Notes: generated from the sequence alone by a model not told the origin. DNA of 64,000 nucleotides from an uncultured Clostridia bacterium (GCA_947630625.1 CANRIL010000001.1:113574-177573); one strand, 5' to 3'. Numbered from the stretch's first letter, positions 46,761-57,371 are shown. Numbers and translations are program-made.

Positions 46761-48689
46761 ATGAAAAAACTGACCTCCCCCGACATTCGCAGCATAAAGC
46801 TTGACGATGCGGGCTTTTTCGGACACTTCATCAATATCGTGAGAGACAGCGTTATCCCGTACCAGTGGGAAACGCTGAACGACAGAGTGCCGGACGCGGC
46901 TCCGAGCCACTGTGTCGAAAACTTTAAAATCGCCGCCGGTGAGGCGGAGGGCGAATTTTACGGCTGCGTGTTCCAGGACAGCGACCTTGCAAAATGGCTT
47001 GAAGCCGTCGCCTATTCGCTGATGAGCAAACCTGACGCGGCGCTTGAGGCGACGGCGGACGATGTGATCGAGCTTATCGGGCGCGCACAGCAGCCGGACG
47101 GATATCTCAATACATATTATACAGTCAAGGAGCCGGGACGCCGCTGGACAAACCTTCGCGACAACCATGAGCTTTACTGCGCCGGACATATGATGGAGGC
47201 CGCCGTCGCATATTATTATGCCACGGGCAAGCGCCGTCTGCTCGATATCATGACGCGAATGGCGTACCACATCGACTCCGTTATCGGTCCTGAGGAAGAG
47301 AAGCTGCACGGTTATCCCGGACATGAGGAGATCGAACTCGCGCTCGTGTCGATGTACCATGCAACAGGCGACCCCCTCATGCTGAAGCTCGCCAAATATT
47401 TCATCGACGAGCGCGGACGCGAGCCGAGATTTTTTGATATCGAGGCAGAAGCGCGCGAAGGCGCCCGCCGCAATCGCCGTTACCGTGACCCGGGAGACTA
47501 CGCGCAGTGGCACCGCCCAGTCCGCGAACAGGACGCGCTTGAGGGGCACAGCGTTCGCGCCCTTTATCTTGCGACGGGAATGGCAGATGTCGCGCGCGAG
47601 ACAGGCGATGAAACGCTCCTCGACGCGTGCCGCAGATTATATGATAATCTTGTCCACCGCCGGATGTACATAACGGGCGGCGTCGGCTCATCGCCGGCGG
47701 GAGAACGGTTTACTTTTGATTACGACCTCCCGAACGACACTGTCTACGCCGAAACGTGCGCGTCGATCGCGCTCTGCTTCTTCATGCGCGCCATGCTCGG
47801 AAACGAGGCTGACGGACGTTACGGCGACACGATGGAGACGGCGTTTTATAATACGTGTATCGCCGGGATGTCGCTTGACGGGCACAATTTCTTCTACGTC
47901 AACCCGCTCGAAGTCCGCCCCGAGGCGAGCCGCAGAAATCCCGAACACAGACACGTCCTGCCCGTGCGCCCGAAATGGTTCGGCTGTGCGTGCTGCCCGC
48001 CGAATCTTGCCCGCCTCATAATGAGCATCGGCAGGTATATCTACACTGTCGACGGCAGCACGATCTATACAAACCTTTACGTCGCCGGCGACGCCTCGCT
48101 GCATACGGCGGAAGGCGATGTCACGCTCAGGACGGAAACGCAGTATCCGCTCGACGGTACTGTTAAGGTTATGGCTTCTGCCGGAAAATATTCACTCGCT
48201 CTGCGCATCCCCGCATACTGCGGCGGGAAATACTCGGTCACGCTGAACGGCACGCCGCTGAATGCGGAGATCAGAAACGGATATGCCGTAATTGAACGCG
48301 AATGGGCTGACGGCGACTGCGTTATTTTGACGATAGATATTTCTCCACGGCGCGTTTACGCGCATTATAAGGTGCAAAACGATGCCGGAAAAGTCGCCGT
48401 CGCGCGGGGACCTATCGTTTACTGCCTTGAAGAAGCGGACAACGAAACGCCTCTCGGCGGCGCTGCATTGCCGCAGTCGTCGGAGCTTTCATGCGAATAC
48501 AAACCTGACAAGCTCGGCGGGATCTTCGAGATAACGGCTGACGGAACTGTCGCCGTCGACGACGGCGACGACTCGCTTTACCGCAGCACACCTCCGGCGA
48601 GAAAAAATACAAAGCTCACCTTTATCCCGTATTACACATGGGCCAACAGGGGCGAAGGCGAAATGACCGTGTACGTCCGAGAGTCATGA
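46761..48689 (+). CDS. GH127 beta-L-arabinofuranosidase family protein
   Basis: FQDSDLAKWLEA, HELYCAGH, GHEEIELAL, GHSVRA, YAETCAS, CACCPPN Zn ligands. Confidence 0.92.
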   Translation: MKKLTSPDIRSIKLDDAGFFGHFINIVRDSVIPYQWETLNDRVPDAAPSHCVENFKIAAGEAEGEFYGCVFQDSDLAKWLEAVAYSLMSKPDAALEATADDVIELIGRAQQPDGYLNTYYTVKEPGRRWTNLRDNHELYCAGHMMEAAVAYYYATGKRRLLDIMTRMAYHIDSVIGPEEEKLHGYPGHEEIELALVSMYHATGDPLMLKLAKYFIDERGREPRFFDIEAEAREGARRNRRYRDPGDYAQWHRPVREQDALEGHSVRALYLATGMADVARETGDETLLDACRRLYDNLVHRRMYITGGVGSSPAGERFTFDYDLPNDTVYAETCASIALCFFMRAMLGNEADGRYGDTMETAFYNTCIAGMSLDGHNFFYVNPLEVRPEASRRNPEHRHVLPVRPKWFGCACCPPNLARLIMSIGRYIYTVDGSTIYTNLYVAGDASLHTAEGDVTLRTETQYPLDGTVKVMASAGKYSLALRIPAYCGGKYSVTLNGTPLNAEIRNGYAVIEREWADGDCVILTIDISPRRVYAHYKVQNDAGKVAVARGPIVYCLEEADNETPLGGAALPQSSELSCEYKPDKLGGIFEITADGTVAVDDGDDSLYRSTPPARKNTKLTFIPYYTWANRGEGEMTVYVRES

Positions 48690-48720
48690 TGGTTCAGACT
48701 GTTTAAAAATTTCATATCCG

Positions 48721-48765
48721 AAAAAGGCAGACGCCCGATGATGGGTCGTCTGCCTTAGTTTTTTT
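48721..48765. terminator. bidirectional terminator
   Basis: AAGGCAGACG-CCC..GGG-CGTCTGCCTT flanked by A- and T-runs between convergent genes. Confidence 0.75.
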
Positions 48766-48783
48766 AGTATTCAGTATCTGTTT

Positions 48784-50280
48784 TTACGCGATGTCGGGGA
48801 TGTTGTTGAGCTTTTTGGTATCGACATTGACTTTGTAATCCGCCGTGTAATCCTCGGCAAGGTCGCTGTATTTGTCAGACACGAGCTCGCTGAATACGGT
48901 CGCCTCCCATGCGGGTCTGCCGTCACCGACGTAATACATCACGTGATATCCGTAAGACGTTTCAATTACATCGGTGTCGCCTGCCTTGCGGTCTTCGTCG
49001 AATATCCAGTCCTCGAATTCTTCAACCATCTGACCCTCGGCGACGTTTTCATAAAGACCGCCGTTCATAGCGGAACCTGTATCGGATGAATAACGGTTCG
49101 CGAGATCGGCAAACGCCTCCTCGCCTCCGCCGTCCTTCTTGAACTGTTCAAGGATCGCGTCGGCAGCCGCCTTGCATTCTTCCTTTGTTTCGTAATCGTC
49201 AAACGAATAGAGGATGTGACGCACGTTCTTTGTCTCGGATTCGTCGAGATGAGCCGGTTCGGTCACAAAATATACGGAAACGTTGCCGGAGTCCGCTTTG
49301 ATCGTCTTTACATCGTTTTCTTTTCTTCCGTCCTCAAACAGCCACTTGCTGTATTCGGCGCTTTCGTTGTACGATGCGTTGTTGACGACGGAATTTTCAA
49401 CCGCGGAGTCGATGTTATCGTTGCTCATCTTGTCCTCTGCGAGGATCTTGCGGAGCGTTATGTCGAAATCCTTAAGGCTCTTTGCCGATGCGAGCTCTTC
49501 CGCCTTTTCGTCGGCTGTCTTTCCCTCGGTCGTCTTTCTGAACGTATAGACCTTATAGCTTACCTTGAGATAATCGTTTTCGTTTTCCTCATACTGCTTC
49601 TTTATCTCGTCGTCGGTAACTTCGATCTTGCTGAGCGTGTCATAGTAGAACTTCTGATTGAGATAATAGAGCTCAAGCGCGTCGCGTATGTCGCTCTCTT
49701 TTACGCCGAGGCCGTAGTTGTTGTGGATATACTTCTCAAGGCTGACGCCCGCCTCGTCGGCGTGCTTCTGCATTGCCCTGATCGTCATGTCTATCCTTCC
49801 CTCCTCAACGTCGGTGATCTCCATTCCGGCGGCATGCGCGGCTTCGGCAAGGATGAGCATATTGGCGATGTTGCTCGACGTGCTGTTCATGAAATAGTCA
49901 AACCATGTCATGCTGTCGTTGTACTTCTGCTCGCGGAGCGGCATCGAGGTGTTGAGATTATAATAGCTCTGATAATATTCGAAATACGAACGCTGTGCGT
50001 TGAAGCTGTCGCGGAAGAAATATGACACCATCGCGTTGTTCACTTCAAAATGTTCGCTCGTGATAGAGACGCGGTCGCGCAGATAATTTCCGGTGCTTCT
50101 GATCGACAAAACGATAAGGCAGCACGACGCGACAAGGATTGCGATTACAAGCAGGATCGACACCGCAATTACGGCGATCTTCATCGTGTCGCGGCGCTCA
50201 GCTTTTTTCTGCTCGCGCACCTTGTCGAGACGAGCCTGTTCTTCGGCTCTTTTAAGTTTGGTTCTTTTGGCTTTTCCCAT
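48784..50280 (-). CDS. membrane-anchored parvulin-type peptidyl-prolyl isomerase (PrsA/SurA-like)
   Basis: N-terminal TM, NVRHIL, FADLA..YSSD.GS..NGGL, MVEEFEDW, ETSYGYHVM. Confidence 0.85.
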   Translation of the reverse strand: MGKAKRTKLKRAEEQARLDKVREQKKAERRDTMKIAVIAVSILLVIAILVASCCLIVLSIRSTGNYLRDRVSITSEHFEVNNAMVSYFFRDSFNAQRSYFEYYQSYYNLNTSMPLREQKYNDSMTWFDYFMNSTSSNIANMLILAEAAHAAGMEITDVEEGRIDMTIRAMQKHADEAGVSLEKYIHNNYGLGVKESDIRDALELYYLNQKFYYDTLSKIEVTDDEIKKQYEENENDYLKVSYKVYTFRKTTEGKTADEKAEELASAKSLKDFDITLRKILAEDKMSNDNIDSAVENSVVNNASYNESAEYSKWLFEDGRKENDVKTIKADSGNVSVYFVTEPAHLDESETKNVRHILYSFDDYETKEECKAAADAILEQFKKDGGGEEAFADLANRYSSDTGSAMNGGLYENVAEGQMVEEFEDWIFDEDRKAGDTDVIETSYGYHVMYYVGDGRPAWEATVFSELVSDKYSDLAEDYTADYKVNVDTKKLNNIPDIA

Positions 50281-50329
50281 TTCCTAAGTCTCCAGTTTTT
50301 TATTTGATCTTTAAATTTTTATCGTGGAT

Positions 50330-51637
50330 TTAAGTATCGCTCACGGAATCTTTGTCCGGTGAGGAAATAGTTACCGTCAGCCTTTCGGGCATTTTGTCGT
50401 CGACCGTTTTTACGGTGAACGTCAGCCCCTCAAATGTGAAGCTGTCGCCAACATTTACGGACAGACCGAGCATTTGCGCGCACCATCCGCCGAGGATCGT
50501 ATATTCGCTCTCGATCATAGACGTATCGCTCCCGGGCAAAAGCTCCGAAAACAGCTCGCGCAGACGCAGCTTGACGCTAACGTCGTATTCGTTGTCGCTT
50601 ATTTTTATGATGTTCGGCTCGATCTCGTCCGATTCATCCCAGATATCGCCGACAATGACCTCGAGCGCGTCCTCCATCGTCATTATGCCCATGATGCCGC
50701 CGTAAGAGTCTACGACGAAAAGAAGCTGCTGCTGCTTTTCACGCATCAGCTCGACGGCGCTATGAACCGGTGTCGTCTTCGGAACGAACAGCGCCGGGCT
50801 CATCAGCTCGCGCAGATATGCGCCCATGTCCGATTTTTCATTGATCTCGCCGGATTCTATCCTGAAGAGCAGCTTGTTGAGATGGAGCACGCCCAAAACG
50901 TTGTCGGCAACGTCATCGCAGACGGGCAGACGCGAATGTCCGGACGCGAGCGCCTGACGGATGATCTTCTCCGCCGGGTCGCCGATGTCTATGTATTCGA
51001 TGTCGACTCTCGGCGTTATGATCTCGTATGCCTTTATGTCCTTATAACTTATAGCGCGCTTTACAAGCTGCGTGTTCGCCTCGTCAAGAACGCCCTCGCT
51101 CCCGACAATGTCCATCACGCTTGAAAGCTCGCCCTCGGATATCGCTTCCTCTTCATCCTGCCGGAAACGCGCCCAAAGCCGAGAAAGAAGATCCATCAGC
51201 TTGTTTACGGCGAATATCAGCGGATAAAATATAACGGACAATACCTTGAGCGGGACTGCGGAGAAAAGGCAGATCGACTCGGCGCGCGCTTTGCCGATCG
51301 TTTTAGGCAGAACCTCGCCGAAAATGAGCACGATAACCGTCATTAAAACGGTTGCCACCCATGAAAAGTGCTCGCCAAGCAGAGAAACGACGACTACGGT
51401 CGCCATTGACGATGAAAACTGGTTTACGACGTTGTTCCCTATCAGGATCGCGGCAAGCATATTGTCAAAATGCGAGAGAAAATAAACCGAGAATCTTGTA
51501 GAGAGCGACTTCTTTTTTTCGTGTCTTTCGTATAGACGCCCCGGCTTTACGGACGTGTATGCGATTTCAGTCCCCGAAAAGAACGAGGAAAACACGATCA
51601 AAATCGCGATAACTGTCAGGTACAGAGGATAATTCAT
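50330..51637 (-). CDS. CNNM/CorB hemolysin-family protein (DUF21-CBS-CorC)
   Basis: SSFFSGTEIA, ILIGNN, FGEVLPK, GHSRLPV, TMEDALEVIVGDI. Confidence 0.9.
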   Translation of the reverse strand: MNYPLYLTVIAILIVFSSFFSGTEIAYTSVKPGRLYERHEKKKSLSTRFSVYFLSHFDNMLAAILIGNNVVNQFSSSMATVVVVSLLGEHFSWVATVLMTVIVLIFGEVLPKTIGKARAESICLFSAVPLKVLSVIFYPLIFAVNKLMDLLSRLWARFRQDEEEAISEGELSSVMDIVGSEGVLDEANTQLVKRAISYKDIKAYEIITPRVDIEYIDIGDPAEKIIRQALASGHSRLPVCDDVADNVLGVLHLNKLLFRIESGEINEKSDMGAYLRELMSPALFVPKTTPVHSAVELMREKQQQLLFVVDSYGGIMGIMTMEDALEVIVGDIWDESDEIEPNIIKISDNEYDVSVKLRLRELFSELLPGSDTSMIESEYTILGGWCAQMLGLSVNVGDSFTFEGLTFTVKTVDDKMPERLTVTISSPDKDSVSDT

Positions 51638-52635
51638 ACGTTTTCCTCCGTATCGGTTTCATCGTCCATATCGCCGACAAGGTATTCGAGGATGTCCTCG
51701 ACCGTGACGATGCCGGACACCTCGCCGCCCTCACGCGTGACGAACGCGATGCTCGTCTTTTCCCTGCTCATCTCGGACAAAGCTACGTTTGCCGGAGTGT
51801 CCGCCGGGATGAAATACGGCGGCGACATTATATCGCGTATATCGGATACGCCGTGCCTGATCGACGCGCGCAGATAAATGCGTATGTTCAAAACGCCGAC
51901 GGGCGTTCCGTTTTCAACGACCGGGAATCTCGTGTGCTGGACGGAGCGCGATATCGCTATCACTGTGTCGCGGTCAGCGTCACACGGGAGCTTGACAGTG
52001 TTTTTCCAGCTCGTCTCAATGTCTGAAAGCGGCGTGCCGGAGATGCCGAACGCGGATTTGATCAGGCTGCCGTGTTCGGGCGGCTGTTCCTCGTCGACGG
52101 CAACGGTGTCGACAAGCGCCTCGACCTCGTTCTCCGTATAAGTGACCTCGGCCTTTGATTTGCCAAGCAGGATCCGGGAAAACAGCCCCGTCACGAACGT
52201 TATTGCAGCGATCAGCGGGCGAAGCAGCTTTATTGAAGCGAGCATCACCGGGGAAAGCGCCTTTGCGGTGACCTCGGGGCAATCCTTCGCGAATCGCTTC
52301 GGCAGCATTTCCGCCGTCAGGAATATGATGACGGTCGAGATCAATGTAGCCGCTGTGATCGCGAACGACCCGCCGACGCGCATGGCGATCAGCGTCGCGG
52401 CGGTGGCGCAGCCGATGTTGAATACGTTATTGCATATGAGTATAGCCGAGAGCGCCGAATCAAAGCTGTCAAGCACACGAACAACGCGGCGCGCGCGCTT
52501 GTCACCCTCGTCCGAAAGGCTCATCATCTTTGCCCTGCCGACGGAGGCAAACGCAGTTTCAGCGCCTGAACACACCATCGAGCCGAAAAGGCACAGCACA
52601 AATACGATTATACTCGGCAAAGGACTGTCGTCCAA
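51634..52635 (-). CDS. CNNM/CorB-family protein lacking the C-terminal CorC domain
   Basis: SGAETAF, ILICNN, AEMLPK, HTRFPV, TVEDILEYLVG and then the ORF ends; TTG start. Confidence 0.85.
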   Translation of the reverse strand: MDDSPLPSIIVFVLCLFGSMVCSGAETAFASVGRAKMMSLSDEGDKRARRVVRVLDSFDSALSAILICNNVFNIGCATAATLIAMRVGGSFAITAATLISTVIIFLTAEMLPKRFAKDCPEVTAKALSPVMLASIKLLRPLIAAITFVTGLFSRILLGKSKAEVTYTENEVEALVDTVAVDEEQPPEHGSLIKSAFGISGTPLSDIETSWKNTVKLPCDADRDTVIAISRSVQHTRFPVVENGTPVGVLNIRIYLRASIRHGVSDIRDIMSPPYFIPADTPANVALSEMSREKTSIAFVTREGGEVSGIVTVEDILEYLVGDMDDETDTEENV

Positions 52636-52677
52636 ATATTATCAACTCCCGGAAAACTAATATTAGATATTATAGCA

Positions 52678-52715
52678 GAAAACGCCGAACACTGAATTTA
52701 TGTTCGGCGTTTAAA
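52678..52715 (-). terminator. terminator of the cmk-ispH/rpsA operon
   Basis: AAACGCCGAACA-loop-TGTTCGGCGTTT. Confidence 0.7.
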
Positions 52716-52737
52716 AAGTTATTTCGAAGATGAACGA

Positions 52738-54822
52738 TCAGTTCTCGTCTGCGCCGTCCTCGGTATAAACGCTGTCATTCGGAGAATCGGTTGAATAAAC
52801 CACGCCGTTGCCGTATGATGAATCATCATCCTCAGGCTTCTCTTCCACAGCAGCGGGAGCCGCGGGTTCGGAAAGCGCCTTGATCGAAAGGCTGACCTTC
52901 TGCTTCTCCTCGTCGATAGCGATAATCTTCGCGTCGACTTCCTGACCGATCTCAAGTACATCGGCAGGCTTTGCGATGCGCTCACGGCTGATCTCGGAGA
53001 TATGGATAAGCCCGTCCTGCCCGGGAACGACCTCAGCGAATGCGCCGAAAGGCGTGAAGCTGACGATCTTGACTCTCGCGGTGTCGCCGACAGAATACTT
53101 CTCATGGAGCAGTCTCCACGGATTCGTTTCCTCTGTCTTGCAGCCGAGGGAGATCCTGTGCTCGGCACGGTTCATATCGATTATGTATGCGTCTATTGTG
53201 TCGCCGACAGAAACGACCTCGGAAGGATGCTTCACATGCTTCCATGTGAGCTCGGAGATATGTATCATACCTTCGATGCCGGGGGCGATCTCGACAAACA
53301 CGCCGTAAACGGTCATATTCTTGACAGTACCCGTGTACCACTTGCCAATTTCCGCCGTAGACCAGAACGCCTCTTCGCGGGCGCGCCTTTCGGCACGTGC
53401 GGCATCACGGATGGAGCCGTACGCACGCTTGCCGCGAACGTCGACTTCCTTGATCTTTACCTTCTGCGTCGTCCCGACGAGAGCGGACAGGTCGCCGTTT
53501 CTCGGAACGCCGGAAAGGGACGCGGGGATGAAGACGCGGACGGAACCGACCATCATCACGAGCCCGGACTTCACAGCCTCGGAAATTTTGCCCTCGATGA
53601 TGGCTCCTTCCTTCGCTTTTTCCTCCATTGTGAGCCAAGCGGCGTCGGAATCGACGCGGCGCTTTGACAGCATGGCAATACCGTCAATGTCGCTGTTCTT
53701 GATGACGAACGCTCTGACCTGGTCGCCTACCTTCACGAGCTCGGAGAGCTTCGCCGACGGGTCGTCGGTAAACTGTTCGAGCGTGATGATGCCGGTCGTC
53801 TTGCCGCCGATATCAAGATGCACTTCGGTTCCCGATACGGATGTAACGGTGCCCGTGACGATATCTCCCGAATTTATAGTTTTCAATGACTCGTCGATAA
53901 GCTCCTCGAATGATTTGTTGTTTTCGAGTTCTGCCATTTTGGTTTTAACCTCCTCAATTAGCCCGTCGGGCGTTGACGCTCCGGCGGTTATTCCGATTTT
54001 ATATGTACTTCCGAAAAGCTCGGTCGGAATATCGTTTGCAGTCTCTATCATGTAAGTGCGGGGACACAGCTCACGGCACACATCATAGAGCTTCTTTGTG
54101 TTGGAGCTGTGAGAGCCGCCGATGACGAGCATCACGTCGACTTCCGGCGCGAGCTCGGCAGCTTCTGATTGACGCCGCTCCGTAACACTGCATATTGTAT
54201 CAAAAATCTCGACGTTTGTACAGTGTTTTTGAATAATTTCTATGCAAAAAATCCACTCTGACAGCTTTTGCGTCGTTTGAGCTGCCATTATAAGGCGAGA
54301 TTCCCTCCATTTGCTTATATCATGTGTCGAAATATAGCGGGAAAGCTCATCCTTTGAGGCGAAAACGTGGCATTCGCCGCGCGCCCAGCTGACGATCCCG
54401 CGCACCTCCGGGTGCTCTTCAGCCCCGATCAGGATAAAAACGGAATCCTCGTCCGTCTGCTCGTCCGCGATCCTATGGACCTTCGAGACGAAAGGACACG
54501 TGCAGTCGATCACCCGAAAATTCGGATTTCCCGACTCAAGCTCCCGCAGATGCTCTTCTTCCGATTTTGTTATCCCGTGCGCACGTATAACGACGGTCGA
54601 CGGCTCGTTTTCGGTCGAATCCGCGGCGATACCGTCAACTTGTTCGCTATTTATAGATTTTACACCCATCCGGGCTAATTTGTCAAGATACTGACGGTTA
54701 TGAATTATGTCGCCGTAGGTGTAAATTTTACTTTTTTTTTCGGCGATGGCCGCTTCAAGCGTTTCCGTCGCACGGCGGACGCCGAAACAGAAGCCTGAGC
54801 TGCCCGCAACAGTCACCTTCAT
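52738..54822 (-). CDS. ispH: bifunctional IspH (LytB) / ribosomal protein S1 fusion
   Basis: GFCFGV, IIHN, RAHG, DCTCPFV, QTT, TIC..T..RQ, SSNT, TAGASTP followed by four S1 repeats (e.g. DGLIHISEI). Confidence 0.93.
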   Translation of the reverse strand: MKVTVAGSSGFCFGVRRATETLEAAIAEKKSKIYTYGDIIHNRQYLDKLARMGVKSINSEQVDGIAADSTENEPSTVVIRAHGITKSEEEHLRELESGNPNFRVIDCTCPFVSKVHRIADEQTDEDSVFILIGAEEHPEVRGIVSWARGECHVFASKDELSRYISTHDISKWRESRLIMAAQTTQKLSEWIFCIEIIQKHCTNVEIFDTICSVTERRQSEAAELAPEVDVMLVIGGSHSSNTKKLYDVCRELCPRTYMIETANDIPTELFGSTYKIGITAGASTPDGLIEEVKTKMAELENNKSFEELIDESLKTINSGDIVTGTVTSVSGTEVHLDIGGKTTGIITLEQFTDDPSAKLSELVKVGDQVRAFVIKNSDIDGIAMLSKRRVDSDAAWLTMEEKAKEGAIIEGKISEAVKSGLVMMVGSVRVFIPASLSGVPRNGDLSALVGTTQKVKIKEVDVRGKRAYGSIRDAARAERRAREEAFWSTAEIGKWYTGTVKNMTVYGVFVEIAPGIEGMIHISELTWKHVKHPSEVVSVGDTIDAYIIDMNRAEHRISLGCKTEETNPWRLLHEKYSVGDTARVKIVSFTPFGAFAEVVPGQDGLIHISEISRERIAKPADVLEIGQEVDAKIIAIDEEKQKVSLSIKALSEPAAPAAVEEKPEDDDSSYGNGVVYSTDSPNDSVYTEDGADEN

Positions 54823-55433
54823 AAAGAGGCGTTCTCCTTTTCAGCGATCGAGCAGATGCGGTCAAATATAAGCGACGCCGCGTCTGAATATTTTGTTCTG
54901 CCCTCAAATGCGGAAAACTCTTCCGGCTTTATGACCTCGCCGAATATCACGTCGTTGCGGCGGAACATGCGCAGCTTGTTGCCCTTCGTCTTAAAATATA
55001 CGGGGACGACAGACGCGCCCGAGCGCATGGCCATAAGACCGACGCCCGATTTGATGCTGTCCGCCGTGTCGCGCAGCTCCACTCCGGGGCAGCGCGTCCC
55101 CTGCGGGAAAACGCAAAGGACATCGCCCTCCGAAAGCACGGAAAGCGACGTTTTCAGCGCGACAACGTCTCCCGCCTTCCTGTGGACGGGAAACGCGCCG
55201 AGGGCGCGCAAAATCGCGCCGAGCGGCGGGAAAAACAGCTCCGCCTTCGCCATGAAGTGTATCTGCCGCTCGGTTATGACGCCAAGTATGATAGGGTCGG
55301 CGGCGGACGTGTGATTCGGCGCGATGATCACCGCACCCTCATTCGGTATATTTTCCTCACCCGAGACATGGACGCGGTAGAACGTGCGGAAAAATCCGGA
55401 AACGAGCGCTTTCGCAAACTTATAAAACGTCAT
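54819..55433 (-). CDS. plsC: 1-acyl-sn-glycerol-3-phosphate acyltransferase
   Basis: NHTSAAD (NHxxxxD), FMAKAEL, FPQGTR. Confidence 0.92.
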   Translation of the reverse strand: MTFYKFAKALVSGFFRTFYRVHVSGEENIPNEGAVIIAPNHTSAADPIILGVITERQIHFMAKAELFFPPLGAILRALGAFPVHRKAGDVVALKTSLSVLSEGDVLCVFPQGTRCPGVELRDTADSIKSGVGLMAMRSGASVVPVYFKTKGNKLRMFRRNDVIFGEVIKPEEFSAFEGRTKYSDAASLIFDRICSIAEKENASL

Positions 55434-56103
55434 CGTAATTTGTACCGAGCTGACCGTTTATTATTCTTATCGCGGCGGCGAAAGTGTCCTTCGGTTCAAA
55501 TCCGGAGTTGTCGAGCATAACGGCGTCGTCCGCCGGTACTGCCGGAGACGCTTCCCTTTCCCTGTCTGCGCGGTCGCGCTTGGTGATATCGGAAAGCACC
55601 TCGTCAAGCGTGACGTTCTCTCCCTTTTCGGCAAGTTCGAGATAGCGGCGTTCCGCGCGCTGCTTCGGAGACGCAAAGAGGAATATCTTAACGTCAGCAT
55701 CGGGCATAATTACCGTGCCGATATCGCGGCCGTCCATCACGACGCCGCCGCGCGCCACCATCGAGCGCTGCATTCCGTCAAGAAACGCTCTCACCTCAGG
55801 TACGGATGAAACTGCCGACGCATACATGGAGATTTCGGGCGAGCGTATCAGCCCGCTCACGTCTTCTCCGCAAAGATATACGTGCTGTTCTCCGTCCTCA
55901 TATTTCAATTCGACAGTTATCCCTTCAAGGGACGCGACGATCCCCGCCTTATCGTCCATCGCGATGCCGTGTCTGCACGCGTTAAGGCCGACCGTGCGGT
56001 AAAGCGCGCCGGTGTCAACGTATATGAGTCCGAGTTTGCGCGCGATGTTGCGCGCGAGAAGGCTTTTCCCGGAGCCGCCGGGCCCGTCAATTGCTATGTT
56101 CAT
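55420..56103 (-). CDS. cmk: cytidylate kinase
   Basis: IAIDGPGGSGKS, DTGALYR, MDGRDIGTV. Confidence 0.95.
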   Translation of the reverse strand: MNIAIDGPGGSGKSLLARNIARKLGLIYVDTGALYRTVGLNACRHGIAMDDKAGIVASLEGITVELKYEDGEQHVYLCGEDVSGLIRSPEISMYASAVSSVPEVRAFLDGMQRSMVARGGVVMDGRDIGTVIMPDADVKIFLFASPKQRAERRYLELAEKGENVTLDEVLSDITKRDRADREREASPAVPADDAVMLDNSGFEPKDTFAAAIRIINGQLGTNYDDVL

Positions 56104-56135
56104 TCTTCTGCCCTTTCTTTAAAAGGTAATATTTT

Positions 56136-57371
56136 TTATTTTGCCGCAGCGGCACGTCCTGCGGCGCGGCCTGTTGAAAATGCTATCTGTAAATTATATC
56201 CGCCGGTGTACGCGTCAACGTCGATGACCTCGCCGCAGAAATATAGCCCCTTTATGCGCTTTGATTCCATCGTCTTCGGCGTGAGCTCCTTCGTATCGAC
56301 GCCGCCGGAGGTGATGATCGCTTCCTCTATCGGGCGTTTGCCGTCTATCGGTATCGTGAATCCCTTAAGTGCCAGAAGCAGCGAACGCCGCTTTGCCCGC
56401 GTCAGCGTCCCGCATTTTTCGTGCGGCTCGATCCCGGCGGCGCGGATCATATGCGGTATCATTGCCTGAGGCAAAAGGTCGCCGCATGCGTTTATCATAT
56501 CGCGCGCGGAATACTTTTCAAAATCGGAGATCAGCCGCGCGTCGAGCGTTTTTTCGTCGAGCGCCGGCTTCATATCTATTTTCGCTGTATAACGTTTGCC
56601 GTCCTCCATGTGCGCAGACGCCGACAGCACGAGAGGCCCCGTGATGCCGAAATGCGCGAACAACAGCTCTCCCATCTCGGAAAATACGGTTTTGCCCGAC
56701 GCGTCGTCAATTACATCGAGCCTCACATTTTTGAGTGTCAGCCCGGAAAGCGACGCGCACGGTCCCCCCGCCTCGAGCGGGACGAGGGACGGGCTTGTCT
56801 TTGTCACATTTAATCCGAGCTCACGGGCGATCCGGTAGCCGTCTCCGTCGGAGCCTGTCGCCGGATATGAAAGTCCGCCTGTCGCGATTATAACACGGTC
56901 AAAGTCATATTTTTTTTCGTCCTGAGCAATCACGCCGGTGACAACTCCGCCGTCCGCCGTCACTCCCCTGACGCGGCAGTGCGTGATATGCACGCCTCCG
57001 CGGACGCAGTAAGCGCGAAGCGCGTCAACTATGTCATACGCCTTATCGGATACGGGGAAAACGCGCCTCCCGCGTTCGGTCTTGAGCGGGACGCCGAGAG
57101 ATTCAAAAAACGCCATCGTGTCGGTGGGCGAAAACGACGAGAGCGCCGCATATAAAAAGCGCGGATTTCTTGGCACATGGAGCAGGAATTCGTTCACGTC
57201 GCATTCGTTTGTTAGATTGCATCTTCCCTTGCCTGTTATCGCGAGCTTTCTCCCGACGCGCTCATTGCGTTCGAAAAGCGTCACGTCGGCGCCAATTTCG
57301 GCAGCCGTTCCCGCCGCCATCATCCCGGAGGCGCCCGCGCCTATGACGGCGACGCGGACACGTTCAGACAT
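56136..57371 (-). CDS. HI0933/BaiN-family flavoprotein oxidoreductase
   Basis: GAGASGM, GRKLAITGKGRCNLTN, ATGG.SYP.TGSDGDG, TGGYNLQIA. Confidence 0.92.
   Translation of the reverse strand: MSERVRVAVIGAGASGMMAAGTAAEIGADVTLFERNERVGRKLAITGKGRCNLTNECDVNEFLLHVPRNPRFLYAALSSFSPTDTMAFFESLGVPLKTERGRRVFPVSDKAYDIVDALRAYCVRGGVHITHCRVRGVTADGGVVTGVIAQDEKKYDFDRVIIATGGLSYPATGSDGDGYRIARELGLNVTKTSPSLVPLEAGGPCASLSGLTLKNVRLDVIDDASGKTVFSEMGELLFAHFGITGPLVLSASAHMEDGKRYTAKIDMKPALDEKTLDARLISDFEKYSARDMINACGDLLPQAMIPHMIRAAGIEPHEKCGTLTRAKRRSLLLALKGFTIPIDGKRPIEEAIITSGGVDTKELTPKTMESKRIKGLYFCGEVIDVDAYTGGYNLQIAFSTGRAAGRAAAAK

Noticed and set aside
46641-47549. 302-aa antisense ORF opposite GH127, and similar long shadow ORFs elsewhere
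   Set aside because: Expected antisense open frames in GC-rich coding DNA, with no motifs or RBS
52738-54822. IspH-S1 fusion as a novelty
   Set aside because: This fusion is well known in Clostridia; only the internal SD is flagged
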